DNA of 56,782 nt. Source: Candidatus Hydrogenedentota bacterium. GTDB taxonomy: Bacteria; Hydrogenedentota; Hydrogenedentia; Hydrogenedentales; CAITNO01. How positions within the stretch are numbered: the first letter of the stretch is position 1; the number at the start of each line of letters is the position of its first letter. The translations under genes and the position numbers were made by a program. Location: contig CAIUWO010000534.1 of the NCBI GenBank assembly GCA_903902895.1, forward strand, positions 1 through 56,782, in the 5' to 3' direction. Below, piece by piece: positions 9,616 to 18,924 of the stretch. A model generated the notes under the pieces. The model was not told the DNA's origin. It did no database searches and saw nothing but the letters and a program-made list of their open reading frames with translations.

Positions 9616-10815
9616 CTATTTCCCGCCCGCATCGGAACCGGTCGCGGGCACCCCGGGGATATACAAGTCGGCGCAGCCGGGACGGGTGCCAATCCTCCGG
9701 TCGCAGGCGACGCCCCACATTTCCCAGCCGCCATCGATATAGTTGTCGTTCGCGGGCCGCCCGCAGGCCTGCACGTACAGGTACCACTTCCCCTTGACCG
9801 CGTACAGCGCCGGGGTGGCGACATGGTAGAGCGTGCGGTCTTCGTAGAGTCCCCGCCATTTGGTCTGCAGCATCGTGTCGAGATCGAGTTGTGTCCATCC
9901 GCGCACGGGGTCCGTGCTGACCGCCAACCCCGGTCGCCAGCGCACGCCGTGCTCCACGCCGACCTCAATGCAGAGCACGTAGGTCGCATCAACTTTCAGA
10001 ATCTGGTGCCACTCGTAGTATGCATTGGGCGTGGATGCGAATATCTGACCCATGCCCCGCGGGTCGTCCGCGCTGAACTGCCGTGTCCATGTCTTGCCGT
10101 CGCGCGAAGTGGCAAGCCGGATGCCGGGCAGCACCCCGTCCCTGCCGCGGTAGGAGTAGTACATGTACCAGCCCCAGCAGTTCGCCGTCGCGTTCCACTC
10201 GCGCATCACCGCGGCTTGCGAGGCCATTTCCTCGTGATAAGGCGCCGCCGATTCGGGGGCCAGCACCGGCGCGGTTCCATACCGGACGATGGCCGAGCCG
10301 GCCACGTCCGAGTACCCGTCTGCACCGGCCGGACAAATCGCGAGCCCGATCCTGTCCTGCACATTCCCTTTCGTGCCGGAGTAATAAATGTAGTACGCGT
10401 CCTCCTCGGCAATGTAGAGGACCGTGTCGAGCCGTATACTCCCCGAATCCCACCCCCCGGCGGAGGGTCCAAATATGGGATTTGCCTCGTCCTGGTGCCA
10501 CTTCAAGGGTTCATTCTCATCGGCCCATGCCTTTCCCACGGCCGCATAACTGCGGTTCGATGCCGGCACGGCTCCGTAGAGCATGACCAGCCGCCCGGGC
10601 ACCTTTGGGTTCGGCAGGATGCAGGGCTCCTCGATTTGCTGCGACATCCATTCATGGCTGGCGCGGGCCAGCACGACCTCGCCGCGAACGCCCGCAGCAG
10701 CGCCTTCCTTAGCCCTGTCGCCATCAACCCCATGTGCTAAAAGGCTCGAGAAAAGACAACCCGCAAACAGCACCGTAACGCCTCCCTTCGCCGCCGTCCG
10801 AAAACAGTTTTTCAT
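9616..10815 (-). CDS. Secreted five-bladed beta-propeller glycoside-hydrolase-like protein (GH43/GH117/GH130-type fold; family not resolved)
   Basis: Signal peptide MKNCFRTAAKGGVTVLFAGCLFSSLLA. Repeated blade-like blocks (RLVMLYGAV, AYYIYYSGT, WYMYYSYRGRDG...RLATSRDGKTW, KWYLYVQA) typical of the furanosidase/phosphorylase propeller clan. Confidence 0.55.
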   Translation of the reverse strand: MKNCFRTAAKGGVTVLFAGCLFSSLLAHGVDGDRAKEGAAAGVRGEVVLARASHEWMSQQIEEPCILPNPKVPGRLVMLYGAVPASNRSYAAVGKAWADENEPLKWHQDEANPIFGPSAGGWDSGSIRLDTVLYIAEEDAYYIYYSGTKGNVQDRIGLAICPAGADGYSDVAGSAIVRYGTAPVLAPESAAPYHEEMASQAAVMREWNATANCWGWYMYYSYRGRDGVLPGIRLATSRDGKTWTRQFSADDPRGMGQIFASTPNAYYEWHQILKVDATYVLCIEVGVEHGVRWRPGLAVSTDPVRGWTQLDLDTMLQTKWRGLYEDRTLYHVATPALYAVKGKWYLYVQACGRPANDNYIDGGWEMWGVACDRRIGTRPGCADLYIPGVPATGSDAGGK

Positions 10816-10879
10816 TTTCACGGTTCTCCAAACATTGCGCGCCGGGGAAAACGATATCATTTGCAGATCCGCAGGGGAA

Positions 10880-13192
10880 TCAATTCACCGAAGCGACGGG
10901 CCACACTTTAAGCGTCTGCTTTCCGCCATGGGAAAGTTCAAAGGGACCTGGGAACGGGTTTGCCACATTCCTCTTGGCGCCAAGATAGTCGGCGTCAACG
11001 ATAAGCGGCGACCCGTCCCGGTTTTCGTAGGGGAGGTCGGGAACCAGGGCCTTTCCGAGACGTTCGGTACCTACGACCTTGCGGGTGCGCCCGTCGGCCC
11101 AGGCGGTCTCAAAAGCACCCTCCAGATACACACCATCGGCCTTTTCGACCACCATCAGCGCCGGGTCAAAACGTTTCTCGACCATCGGGTTCTTTTCATG
11201 CTTCGACGCCCGCGCCCCGTCGAGGTATACGTTGTCCTCCATGAACAGGGGCAGGCGCGCCTTGTCGTAGACGCGCAGGTCGGCGCGTTTCACAAATAGA
11301 TTGTTGAAGAATCGGTCGTCACCGCAGGGGTTGTCGTGCATCCCGGCAAGCTCGGTGGAATGGGCCTTGTGAAACGGCGTCAGGCGGGCATCGTACAGGT
11401 TCACCCGAATCGCGCCAGCCATGAGGTTGTGGGCGTAGGCGCCGCCGCGCGACACGTCAAGAAGCGACACAGGGGAAAGGAAAACGTTGTTGTCCACGAC
11501 GAATGGGCCGTGATCCACCTCAACGAAGAGGTCCTCGTAACTGTTGTTGTGAAAGAGGTTCCCGGAGATGCGAGCGCCCTGGGCCATCCAGTCGAGCCAG
11601 AGTCCCCGGCAGGTGCGATAGATGTGGTTTCCGCGAATCTCGACGTCAATGGCGCCATGGAGCTTGATGCCCGCCATTTCCGCGCCGGTGAACAGTTCGC
11701 GGACATGAATGTCGTGGATGGTATTGCCGGTGATGGTGCTGAACACGGCACCCAGGCTGCCGACAATCCCGGTCTGCTCGCAGTGCGAGATGGTGTTGTT
11801 GCGCACGATGTGGTGGCCTATATTCTCCTTGCTCCAGCCACGCTCTATGGCCCGCTCTATGGTCTTTACATAACCCTCGGCAGTGTCCGCGGAGGTGTTG
11901 TCAAACTCGTCGCCGTGCTTGCCCAGCGCGATGCCAGAACAGACGGAGTGGCTGACGATGTTGTTTTCGATGACCCATCCCCTGCTCCAGTGCGTGCCGA
12001 TGAGGCCGACCTGCTCGGACGTTGGCGGTGCCCACTGCGTGGCGGCCTGGCGCAGGGCAAAGCCGCGCACGGTGATGTAGTTCATCCCCGGCTTCTCCGG
12101 GTAAAAGACCGCCCGCCGGACGTTGATCTCGACCAGTTGCTCGTTGGGATTGACTCCCTTGAACTGCGCGTGGATTGTGGTGGTGGTGTCGTCCACCCGG
12201 GCATGCCACAGTTGCACGTTTTCCGCGGCCGGCTGATACGTATTGCTCCTGAACACAAGGCACACGGTTTTAACGCCGCTGACGGGCTTGAGTTCGGCCT
12301 TGAACGTCGACCACGACTGCCAGTCGCCGGTGTTGGGAACGGAACAGGCGCCAAGCCGTTCACCGTCCGGCCCGTCGAGGCGGACTTCGATGATGCCGCC
12401 GCTGGAGGCGGAGGCTGCGCGGATTTCCAGCGAATCGGTCTTTTCCCCGAAGTCGACGCCCTCATATTTCACCCAGTGCCCGTTCAGGATATAGCCGACG
12501 CACTCCCCCCCCTCCGAGCAAGGCGCATTCTGCGTACCGTTCTTTGCGGCGAAACTGGCCGCGGGTATCTGGACCGTCTTTTCGGCGGCTCCGCCCCGGC
12601 GCAGCCACGCCACGTTTAGCAGACACTCCTGACCGGACTGCCTGAGCCACGCCGGGACCGTTCCCGCAGGCGTCATTGCTTCTTCCAGCGTTGCCGCCTC
12701 TATGAGCCACTCGCCGTTGAGATAGACCGCCCCGGTGTGGTGCTCCCGGTCCTTGGGCGAAAACCAGTCGCCGTGGATAAGGTCCTTGTACGGATTGTAG
12801 CCGCCGAAGAAGGTGTTGGGCAGGACAACTTTCCAGGTGTCGTTCTGCACCTTCTCCCACCCCGACACAACTTCCGACCCTTTGATCTCGACCTTTTCGC
12901 CCGGTGCGGCCTGATACACGATGGGTTTGGTTTCAGACTCCCCGCCGCGCGGCGGATTGACCCGCTCGCGATAGACGCCTTCATGCACCGTAATGACATC
13001 TCCGGGTTGGGCCAGCAGCGCGGCGGCCGAGACTGTCTTGAGCATGGCCGATGGGGACCCGTCATTGGCGTCGTTGCCGCCCGCGGAGACATGGTATTCC
13101 CTGCCGGAGGAAGTCTCCTGCGCAGGCGCCGCACCAAAAGAGAGCATTGCAGCCAGCAGCAGCACCACCGTCACAACCACTTTCGATTTCAC
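10880..13192 (-). CDS. Secreted right-handed parallel beta-helix protein (pectate-lyase fold) with an inserted CBM6/CBM35-like carbohydrate-binding module
   Basis: GTG start with AGGAG 9 nt upstream and a signal peptide. N-terminal block YHVSAGGNDANDGS...LKTVSAAALLAQPGDVITVHEGVYRE (DUF1565-like). Repeated beta-helix rungs (IVRNNTISHC, ITGNTIHD, IRGNHIYR, ISGNLFHNN). CBM-like insert at about 12245-12574 (GYILNGHWVKYEGVDFG...TGDWQSWSTFKAELKPVSGVKTVCLVF). Confidence 0.8.
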   Translation of the reverse strand: MKSKVVVTVVLLLAAMLSFGAAPAQETSSGREYHVSAGGNDANDGSPSAMLKTVSAAALLAQPGDVITVHEGVYRERVNPPRGGESETKPIVYQAAPGEKVEIKGSEVVSGWEKVQNDTWKVVLPNTFFGGYNPYKDLIHGDWFSPKDREHHTGAVYLNGEWLIEAATLEEAMTPAGTVPAWLRQSGQECLLNVAWLRRGGAAEKTVQIPAASFAAKNGTQNAPCSEGGECVGYILNGHWVKYEGVDFGEKTDSLEIRAASASSGGIIEVRLDGPDGERLGACSVPNTGDWQSWSTFKAELKPVSGVKTVCLVFRSNTYQPAAENVQLWHARVDDTTTTIHAQFKGVNPNEQLVEINVRRAVFYPEKPGMNYITVRGFALRQAATQWAPPTSEQVGLIGTHWSRGWVIENNIVSHSVCSGIALGKHGDEFDNTSADTAEGYVKTIERAIERGWSKENIGHHIVRNNTISHCEQTGIVGSLGAVFSTITGNTIHDIHVRELFTGAEMAGIKLHGAIDVEIRGNHIYRTCRGLWLDWMAQGARISGNLFHNNSYEDLFVEVDHGPFVVDNNVFLSPVSLLDVSRGGAYAHNLMAGAIRVNLYDARLTPFHKAHSTELAGMHDNPCGDDRFFNNLFVKRADLRVYDKARLPLFMEDNVYLDGARASKHEKNPMVEKRFDPALMVVEKADGVYLEGAFETAWADGRTRKVVGTERLGKALVPDLPYENRDGSPLIVDADYLGAKRNVANPFPGPFELSHGGKQTLKVWPVASVN

Positions 13193-13458
13193 TTTAGCTT
13201 TCTCCTTTGATTCTTTTCCCGCTCACAGCCTCACGCACCGCACTCACCCGCCTAGGTCATAGCCCTCGTATGGTAGCGAACGGGGTTTCAGGTGTCAATG
13301 TCCTTCGTGGCAGGCCGCCAGACCAAGTCAGACGGTAACGGTCGGCCAGATTGCGGGGAATTTCATTCGACTTTATGCGCACAAATTGCGTATCATCCAT
13401 TTCCTTTTGGGTTTATCGTGTCGGCGCGTCCCCGGGGGACGCGGTAGGAGGTCACCCG

Positions 13459-14064
13459 ATGAGCAAGATAGAACGTGCCATTCTGAGCTGTCACGACAAG
13501 AAGGGACTGGTTGAACTGGCCGGTCTGCTGACGGAACTGGGCGTGGAGATTATCAGCACGTCCGGCACCTTGTCGGTGCTTCAGGCGGCGGGCATCCCGG
13601 CGCAAAGCATCGCGGACTTCACGGGGGTTCCTGAACTGCTCAACGGGCGGGTCAAGTCGCTGCATCCCAAAGTGCATGCGGGGCTCCTCGGTGTGCGGGA
13701 CAGCAAACTTCATGTGGAGCAGATTCAGGCGCATGACATGAAGTGGATCGACATGGTCGTTGTAAATCTCCAGCCGGTCTCCGAATTAATCGCCCGCCCG
13801 GGCATCTCGGCCGACGAGGTAATCGACCAGGTGGACATTGGCGGGGTGGCCATGCTCCGTTCCGCGGCAAAGAACCACCGGTACGTCACAGCCGTGGTCA
13901 ATCCGCAGCGGTATCCGCAGGTGATGCACGAACTGCGCGCCCATGAGGGTTTGGTCTCGTTTGCGACGCGTTTCCGTCTTGCGCAGGAGGCGTTTCGCGC
14001 CACGGCGGACTATGACGCCGCCCTTGCGCAGTACCTCATGAGTGTTGCCCCGGCTGAGCAGTAG
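13459..14064 (+). CDS. purH: IMP cyclohydrolase domain protein: the MGS-like N-terminal domain of PurH only, with no AICAR transformylase domain
   Basis: AGGAGG at 13446-13451, ATG at 13459. 201 aa align by eye over the whole PurH IMPCH domain (AILSCHDKKGLVELA...LNGRVKSLHPKVHAGLL...MVVVNLQPV...IDIGGVAMLRSAAKNH...RFRLAQEAFRATADYDAALAQY), then a stop. purD starts 67 nt later. Confidence 0.8.
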   Translation: MSKIERAILSCHDKKGLVELAGLLTELGVEIISTSGTLSVLQAAGIPAQSIADFTGVPELLNGRVKSLHPKVHAGLLGVRDSKLHVEQIQAHDMKWIDMVVVNLQPVSELIARPGISADEVIDQVDIGGVAMLRSAAKNHRYVTAVVNPQRYPQVMHELRAHEGLVSFATRFRLAQEAFRATADYDAALAQYLMSVAPAEQ

Positions 14065-14130
14065 GCGCGGTTCGGGCAATACCGAAATCCTTCTTGTCGG
14101 TGTCATGCCGAAAGCCATCAGGAAAACTAT

Positions 14131-15417
14131 ATGAAAATACTGATTATTGGCAGCGGCGGGCGGGAGCATGCCCTTGCCTGGAAAATTGCCCAGAGTCCGC
14201 TTGTCGCGAAGGTATACGGAGCCCCGGGCAATCCCGGCATCGCCAGCCTCTCCAAGGGCGCCTGTGTCCCGATTGGAGTGGATGACTTTTCGGGGATCAA
14301 GGCCTTTGTTGAGGAGAAGGACATCGACCTGACCGTGGTGGGGCCGGAAGACCCGCTGGCCAAGGGACTGGTCGACTATCTTGAACAGGGCGGGGACCGC
14401 GCTTTTGGCCCCTCGGCCGGCGCGGCGCAGCTGGAGGGCAGCAAGGCTTTCGCAAAGGCGTTCATGGAGCGCCATCACATACCGACCGCGGCATGGGCGG
14501 AGTTTGACGACGCGGCGGACGCGGCGGCTTACGTGCGCGCCAAGGGCGCGCCCATAGTGATCAAGGCGGACGGCCTTGCCGCCGGCAAGGGCGTGACCGT
14601 GGCCATGGACATGGACACGGCACTGCGGGCGATAGACGATGCCATGGTGCGGCATGCTTTCGGCAGCGCCGGGGCGCGCGTGGTGGTGGAAGAGTTCATG
14701 ACCGGGGAGGAGGCCTCCATACTGGCCTTCTGTGACGGTACGACCGTGATTCCCATGGCGTCGAGCCAGGACCACAAGGCGGTGTTTGACGGGGACCAGG
14801 GGCCGAACACGGGCGGGATGGGGGCCTATTCACCCGCCCCCGTCGTGACGGCCGCATTGGAGCGGCGCATCCTTGAAGAAGTGCTGCAGCCCGCGGTGCG
14901 CGGCATGGCGGCGGAGGGAAATCCCTACAGGGGCATTCTGTACGCCGGATTGATGATCAACGCCGAAGGTCCGAAGGTTGTGGAATTCAACGTGCGCTTT
15001 GGGGACCCCGAAACGCAGGTGGTGCTGCCGCGCATGAAAACCGACCTGGTGCCGGTGCTGATCGCCTGCTGCGAGGGAAGACTCCATGAAGAGCGCATCG
15101 AGTATCACGACGCCCCCTGCGTGACCGTGGTCATGGCGAGCGGGGGCTATCCCGGCGCCTATGAAAAGGGCAAGGCCATTTCGGGGATTGACGCGGCGGA
15201 AGAGGAAGCGGGCGTGTCCGTGTTTCAGGCGGGCACGAAGCTGGAGGACGGCGTACTGCGCTCCAACGGCGGGCGCGTGCTCAATGTGACCGCCACGGAA
15301 GCCACGCTTCCTGAGGCCATTGCCAAGGCGTACAGGGCGGTGGGCAAAATCGCGTTCGACGGGGCGCACCACCGCACCGACATTGGCGGGAAAGCACTCC
15401 GGCGCATGGCGCCATAG
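14131..15417 (+). CDS. purD: Phosphoribosylamine--glycine ligase
   Basis: MKILIIGSGGREHALAWKIAQS, with ATP-grasp blocks and GPNTGGMGAYSP and FNVRFGDPETQ. Confidence 0.95.
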   Translation: MKILIIGSGGREHALAWKIAQSPLVAKVYGAPGNPGIASLSKGACVPIGVDDFSGIKAFVEEKDIDLTVVGPEDPLAKGLVDYLEQGGDRAFGPSAGAAQLEGSKAFAKAFMERHHIPTAAWAEFDDAADAAAYVRAKGAPIVIKADGLAAGKGVTVAMDMDTALRAIDDAMVRHAFGSAGARVVVEEFMTGEEASILAFCDGTTVIPMASSQDHKAVFDGDQGPNTGGMGAYSPAPVVTAALERRILEEVLQPAVRGMAAEGNPYRGILYAGLMINAEGPKVVEFNVRFGDPETQVVLPRMKTDLVPVLIACCEGRLHEERIEYHDAPCVTVVMASGGYPGAYEKGKAISGIDAAEEEAGVSVFQAGTKLEDGVLRSNGGRVLNVTATEATLPEAIAKAYRAVGKIAFDGAHHRTDIGGKALRRMAP

Positions 15418-15447
15418 TGGGGCGCCCCCGTCAGGGCTCCGCAGCTT

Positions 15448-16374
15448 TCAGGCGCTGCCCGCGGCTGCGGCACCGTGAATGGCCGCACCGCTCTTGGCAT
15501 GCCACAAGTCGCGCATGGCCGCCGAAAGCAGCGCTTCCGCGTCGTCGCAGCGGTTGTCGTCCTGACTGGTCGCAAGACCATAGTTCAATTTGGCGACCAT
15601 GGGGCAGAGCGGGTCGTTCATGGTTGCCGAGCGGATCTCCTCCTCGATCTTTCGCGCGTAGGCCAGAGCCTCCTCGCGGGTGATGTGGGGGAGCACGGCG
15701 GTAAACGTCGCGCCGTCATAGCGGGCGAGGATGTCATAGTTGCGGGAACTGGCGCGCATCGCCATGGCCACCTCGACCAGCAGGTCGTCCAGGCAAACGG
15801 CCTCCATGGGCTGGTCCAGGGCCGTCACCTCGTCCACCTCAATCATCAGGCACGACAGGGGATAATTGTAGCGCTGGGCCTTGTCGGTCTCTTCCTGCAG
15901 GCGGTCCGTCAGGAATCGCCTGTTTCTGAGACCGGTCATTTCGTCCGTGTTGGCCGGGTCCTCATAAATGCCCGAATGAAACACCCGCTTAAGGGCGTTT
16001 CTTGCGCCCCGCAAAGCGGAATCCACATGCACCATCACGATGGGCAGATTGTAGGGCTTGACCAAATAGTCGCTGGCACCCGTCTCATAACCGAGGGCGA
16101 TATCCTGCGCCTCGCCGCGCGCGGTGACAAAAATTATGGGGATCATCGCCGTCGCCGGATCGGACTTGATACGGCGGCAGACCTCGTAACCGTCCACGTC
16201 AGGCAGTCCTATGTCAAGCAGCAACAGGTCAATATCGCCCTTTCCGCACCGTTCCAGCCCATCCTTGCCCCCGTAGACGGCCACGGCATCATAGCCGTTA
16301 AGCACCAAGCCGTCGCAAAGGACTTTGGCCTCGTCAACACAATCATCCACGACACACACCTTCGCCTTGTGCAC
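15448..16374 (-). CDS. Response regulator with a degenerate GGDEF domain (REC-GGDEF, A-site lost, I-site retained)
   Basis: GTG start. REC: VCVVDD...DLLLLDIGLPDVDG...LVKP. The GGDEF domain begins DEMTGLRNRRF. The signature reads RNYDILARYDGATFTAVLP instead of RxxD-xxxRxGGDEF. Confidence 0.85.
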   Translation of the reverse strand: MHKAKVCVVDDCVDEAKVLCDGLVLNGYDAVAVYGGKDGLERCGKGDIDLLLLDIGLPDVDGYEVCRRIKSDPATAMIPIIFVTARGEAQDIALGYETGASDYLVKPYNLPIVMVHVDSALRGARNALKRVFHSGIYEDPANTDEMTGLRNRRFLTDRLQEETDKAQRYNYPLSCLMIEVDEVTALDQPMEAVCLDDLLVEVAMAMRASSRNYDILARYDGATFTAVLPHITREEALAYARKIEEEIRSATMNDPLCPMVAKLNYGLATSQDDNRCDDAEALLSAAMRDLWHAKSGAAIHGAAAAGSA

Positions 16375-16499
16375 CTCGTTACCTCTTGATTACGGTTGAT
16401 ATACCTACGTTAAGCCAATGAATTCAGTTTCCACATGAAAATTGTACACGCAAATGAGTAATTTGGCAAACCGGGCTTCCCGAAGGCGGCAAAGCGCTC

Positions 16500-17303
16500 C
16501 TATCGGTCCTGGTTCTCCGGTTCTATGGGCTCATCATGGAGTCGGGTCAAGCGGGGCCGGTCAACTGCGGAAAGGGGCTCTGCAGGAGAAGCGTGCGTTT
16601 CCTTCAAGAGCTGCATCCGGGCCCGAACCAGCGGCGCATCCGCACAGTCGGGGAAGCGCTCCAAGAAGTTTTCGCACGCTTGGGCGGCAAGGTTGGGAAG
16701 CTGCTGCCGGTTTTCCAGCAAATCAACCACCCTCCATAGCAACGCTGTGGCAGCGTGGGAGTCTTTCTCGCCATCGAGCGCCCGCTGGAACCAATGGGCC
16801 GCCTCGTCGTAGGACCGCAGGGCATCCTGGGCGGAACCGATGCGCGCCAGAATTTCCGGCCTGCCGGGGAATATGCGGGCCAGAACATGGTATTCGTTTA
16901 GGGCCCCCTGGTAGTCGCCCATGCGTTCCATGGCCTCCGCCGGACCGAAACGGGGCTGATTGGCGGCCCGGTCGCCGCCCGGAAAAAACACGTCCACCAT
17001 CAATTTGGACAGAAAGGAAACTGCGATGTGCCCGTAAAGGGCCATGGTGGCCGCCAGCATCCCCAAAGAGGCAAAGATCAGATAAACGGGGTTGTCGAGC
17101 AACTCGGCCCGCAGGGTGTGCATCTCAAGGGCGGCGATGAGCAGGGCAACAATGAGGAAGGCCGACTGCCGCGCCAAACCCCAATCATCGTGATTGACGA
17201 AGCGCCGCCGGAGGGCATAGATGCCAAGAGCCATGAACGGGATCAACAGCAGCAAGGCCATTGTGTCCAGAAACGGATTGTCAATATTGATCCAAATACC
17301 CAT
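16500..17303 (-). CDS. Membrane protein with 3-4 N-terminal TM helices and a C-terminal TPR-like region
   Basis: Hydrophobic segments LLLLIPFMALGIYAL, FLIVALLIAALEM, IFASLGMLAATMALYG. TPR-like helices (GDYQGALNEYHVLARIFP, YDEAAHWFQRAL). Same strand as the REC-GGDEF gene, 125 nt upstream of it. Confidence 0.6.
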   Translation of the reverse strand: MGIWINIDNPFLDTMALLLLIPFMALGIYALRRRFVNHDDWGLARQSAFLIVALLIAALEMHTLRAELLDNPVYLIFASLGMLAATMALYGHIAVSFLSKLMVDVFFPGGDRAANQPRFGPAEAMERMGDYQGALNEYHVLARIFPGRPEILARIGSAQDALRSYDEAAHWFQRALDGEKDSHAATALLWRVVDLLENRQQLPNLAAQACENFLERFPDCADAPLVRARMQLLKETHASPAEPLSAVDRPRLTRLHDEPIEPENQDR

Positions 17304-17624
17304 GCATTACCGCCACATTTGGCCGACCGACGGTGTTCCATCTGACACCTAGGGTATTCTTTTGTGAAACCCCATGTCCAACCATGCCCGCTGGAAAGCC
17401 TGCCAGGGCCCGCCTGTGCCATGTCAGACAGCTTTGCCTGCGCGCCGAAGTGGACCGCTTCGCGGAATATGTCCCCGCAAGTCGAAAAGACAAGATAAAG
17501 CGTGCGAGAATGCCGCTATCACGTTCATTGCGCGGCGGCGCACGGATACTCACCAACAGGGGTATTCGCACGGGGCCATGTTGTCCCTATACCCGCAGTG
17601 GCCTAATCAGGAGGGTTCGCGTCC

Positions 17625-18773
17625 ATGGGTGACCGGAAGCATAGAAGACGGAAGAGCGTCCAGCGGGCAGTGACCCCCAATACGCTGCCGGGCACGCTTT
17701 GCATTGAGTCCGGTGCGGCCCCTCCTGCAATCCGGATAATGGCTTACAGTAGTCAGGACTACGTCGAAACAACAGTCCAGGAGGTCGCCGAAATACGGCC
17801 CATTCTGGAACAGTGGCCGGTCGTTTGGGTCGATATAGAAGGCTTTGGTGACGGAGCGACGCTGCGCGCGCTTGGTGCGCTGTTTGACATGCATGCGCTG
17901 GCGCTGGAGGACGTGGTGCATGTCCATCAACGGCCCAAGGCTGAGCTTTACGGGGAGCGAGTCTTCTTCATCACGCGTATGGCGCAATTGCGCGAGGAAC
18001 TTGAAACGGAGCAGGTGAGTTTCTTCCTGGACCGCCATTTTGTGCTGACGTTCCAGCAGGGCGCTCCAGGCGACTCTTTTGACCGGGTTCGCCGCCACAT
18101 ACGGGCCAATGCGGGGATGCTGCGGACGTCAGGCGCGGATTATCTCTGCTACAGTCTTATCGACGCCGTGATAGACCAGATGTTTCCGGTCCTGGAACAG
18201 CTCGGCGACCGCCTTGAGGAACTTGAATCGGAGGCGCTGTCCCGCCCCTCGCTCGATACCGTTTCGCGCGTGCATGCGATTAAGGGGCAGCTGCTCTCCC
18301 TGCGCCGGATTGTTTGGCCCATGCGGGAGGCGCTCCAAACGGTGCTGCGTGACACGGCAAGCGTCTTCACCGCTGACACGCGGGTTTATCTTCGTGACTG
18401 CCATGACAATCTGCTTCAAATAGTGGACTTGGTCGAAACGTACCGGGAACTGGCTGCGGGACTGACCGACCTGTATCTTTCGAGCAGCAGCAACCGCATG
18501 AACGAGGTGATGAAGGTGCTGACAATCATCGCGACAATTTTCATGCCGCTGTCTTTTCTTGCCAGCCTTTATGGGATGAACTTCGACCCCGACGCTTCCC
18601 TGTGGAACATGCCGGAACTCAGGAGCCACTGGGGCTACCCGGCGCTGCTCGCCTTCATGACGCTCATTGCAGGGGGCATGGTGCTCTCCTTCTGGCGAAA
18701 TGGTTGGTTCCGGCCCACCCTTCCCCCAATGGAGAACAGGGACACCCGCGACCCGCACGATGACGCCTTATGA
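17625..18773 (+). CDS. corA: Magnesium/cobalt transporter CorA
   Basis: AGGAGG 10 nt upstream of the ATG. Two C-terminal TM helices flank the signature YGMNF. Confidence 0.9.
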   Translation: MGDRKHRRRKSVQRAVTPNTLPGTLCIESGAAPPAIRIMAYSSQDYVETTVQEVAEIRPILEQWPVVWVDIEGFGDGATLRALGALFDMHALALEDVVHVHQRPKAELYGERVFFITRMAQLREELETEQVSFFLDRHFVLTFQQGAPGDSFDRVRRHIRANAGMLRTSGADYLCYSLIDAVIDQMFPVLEQLGDRLEELESEALSRPSLDTVSRVHAIKGQLLSLRRIVWPMREALQTVLRDTASVFTADTRVYLRDCHDNLLQIVDLVETYRELAAGLTDLYLSSSSNRMNEVMKVLTIIATIFMPLSFLASLYGMNFDPDASLWNMPELRSHWGYPALLAFMTLIAGGMVLSFWRNGWFRPTLPPMENRDTRDPHDDAL

Positions 18774-18895
18774 GCTTCGACCCGGGCAGGCTCCCGCCCA
18801 AGAGTGGTGGCTTTCAAACCCGCCCAATTAGGCGAATCCCGCCGCGTCCGGCCCGGCACAAGAGGACCATATTCGAGATGCCCGCAGAATCGCTG

Positions 18896-18924
18896 TTGAC
18901 AGGACGGAGAAAGGGGGCTAGAAT
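18896..18924 (+). promoter_or_regulatory. Candidate sigma70-type promoter upstream of the HU-family gene
   Basis: TTGACA (18896-18901), exactly 17 nt of spacer, TAGAAT (18919-18924). It lies ~170 nt upstream of the ATG. Confidence 0.4.

Noticed and set aside
9538-10740. Long plus-strand ORFs (9538-10740, 11336-12619, 15475-16389, 673-1551) and long minus-strand ORFs (13786-14775, 27683-28813, 29308-30267, 31347-32207, 32548-33711, 46375-47286, 5231-5941, 21424-22179).
   Set aside because: Each lies antisense to a gene with clear family motifs (propeller protein, beta-helix protein, REC-GGDEF, wecB, purD, purC, purF, TIM barrel, sulfatase-like, GH31, kinase, giant protein). Each also has the Arg/Gly/Pro/His-rich composition of GC-driven shadow frames.
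17625-18773. CorA as a possible effector of a defence system, since CorA-family proteins accompany some type III CRISPR loci.
   Set aside because: It is a canonical full-length CorA with the GMN motif. There are no cas, CARF/SAVED, nuclease or cyclase neighbours, and the flanking genes are housekeeping (an HU-family gene, a TPR membrane protein).
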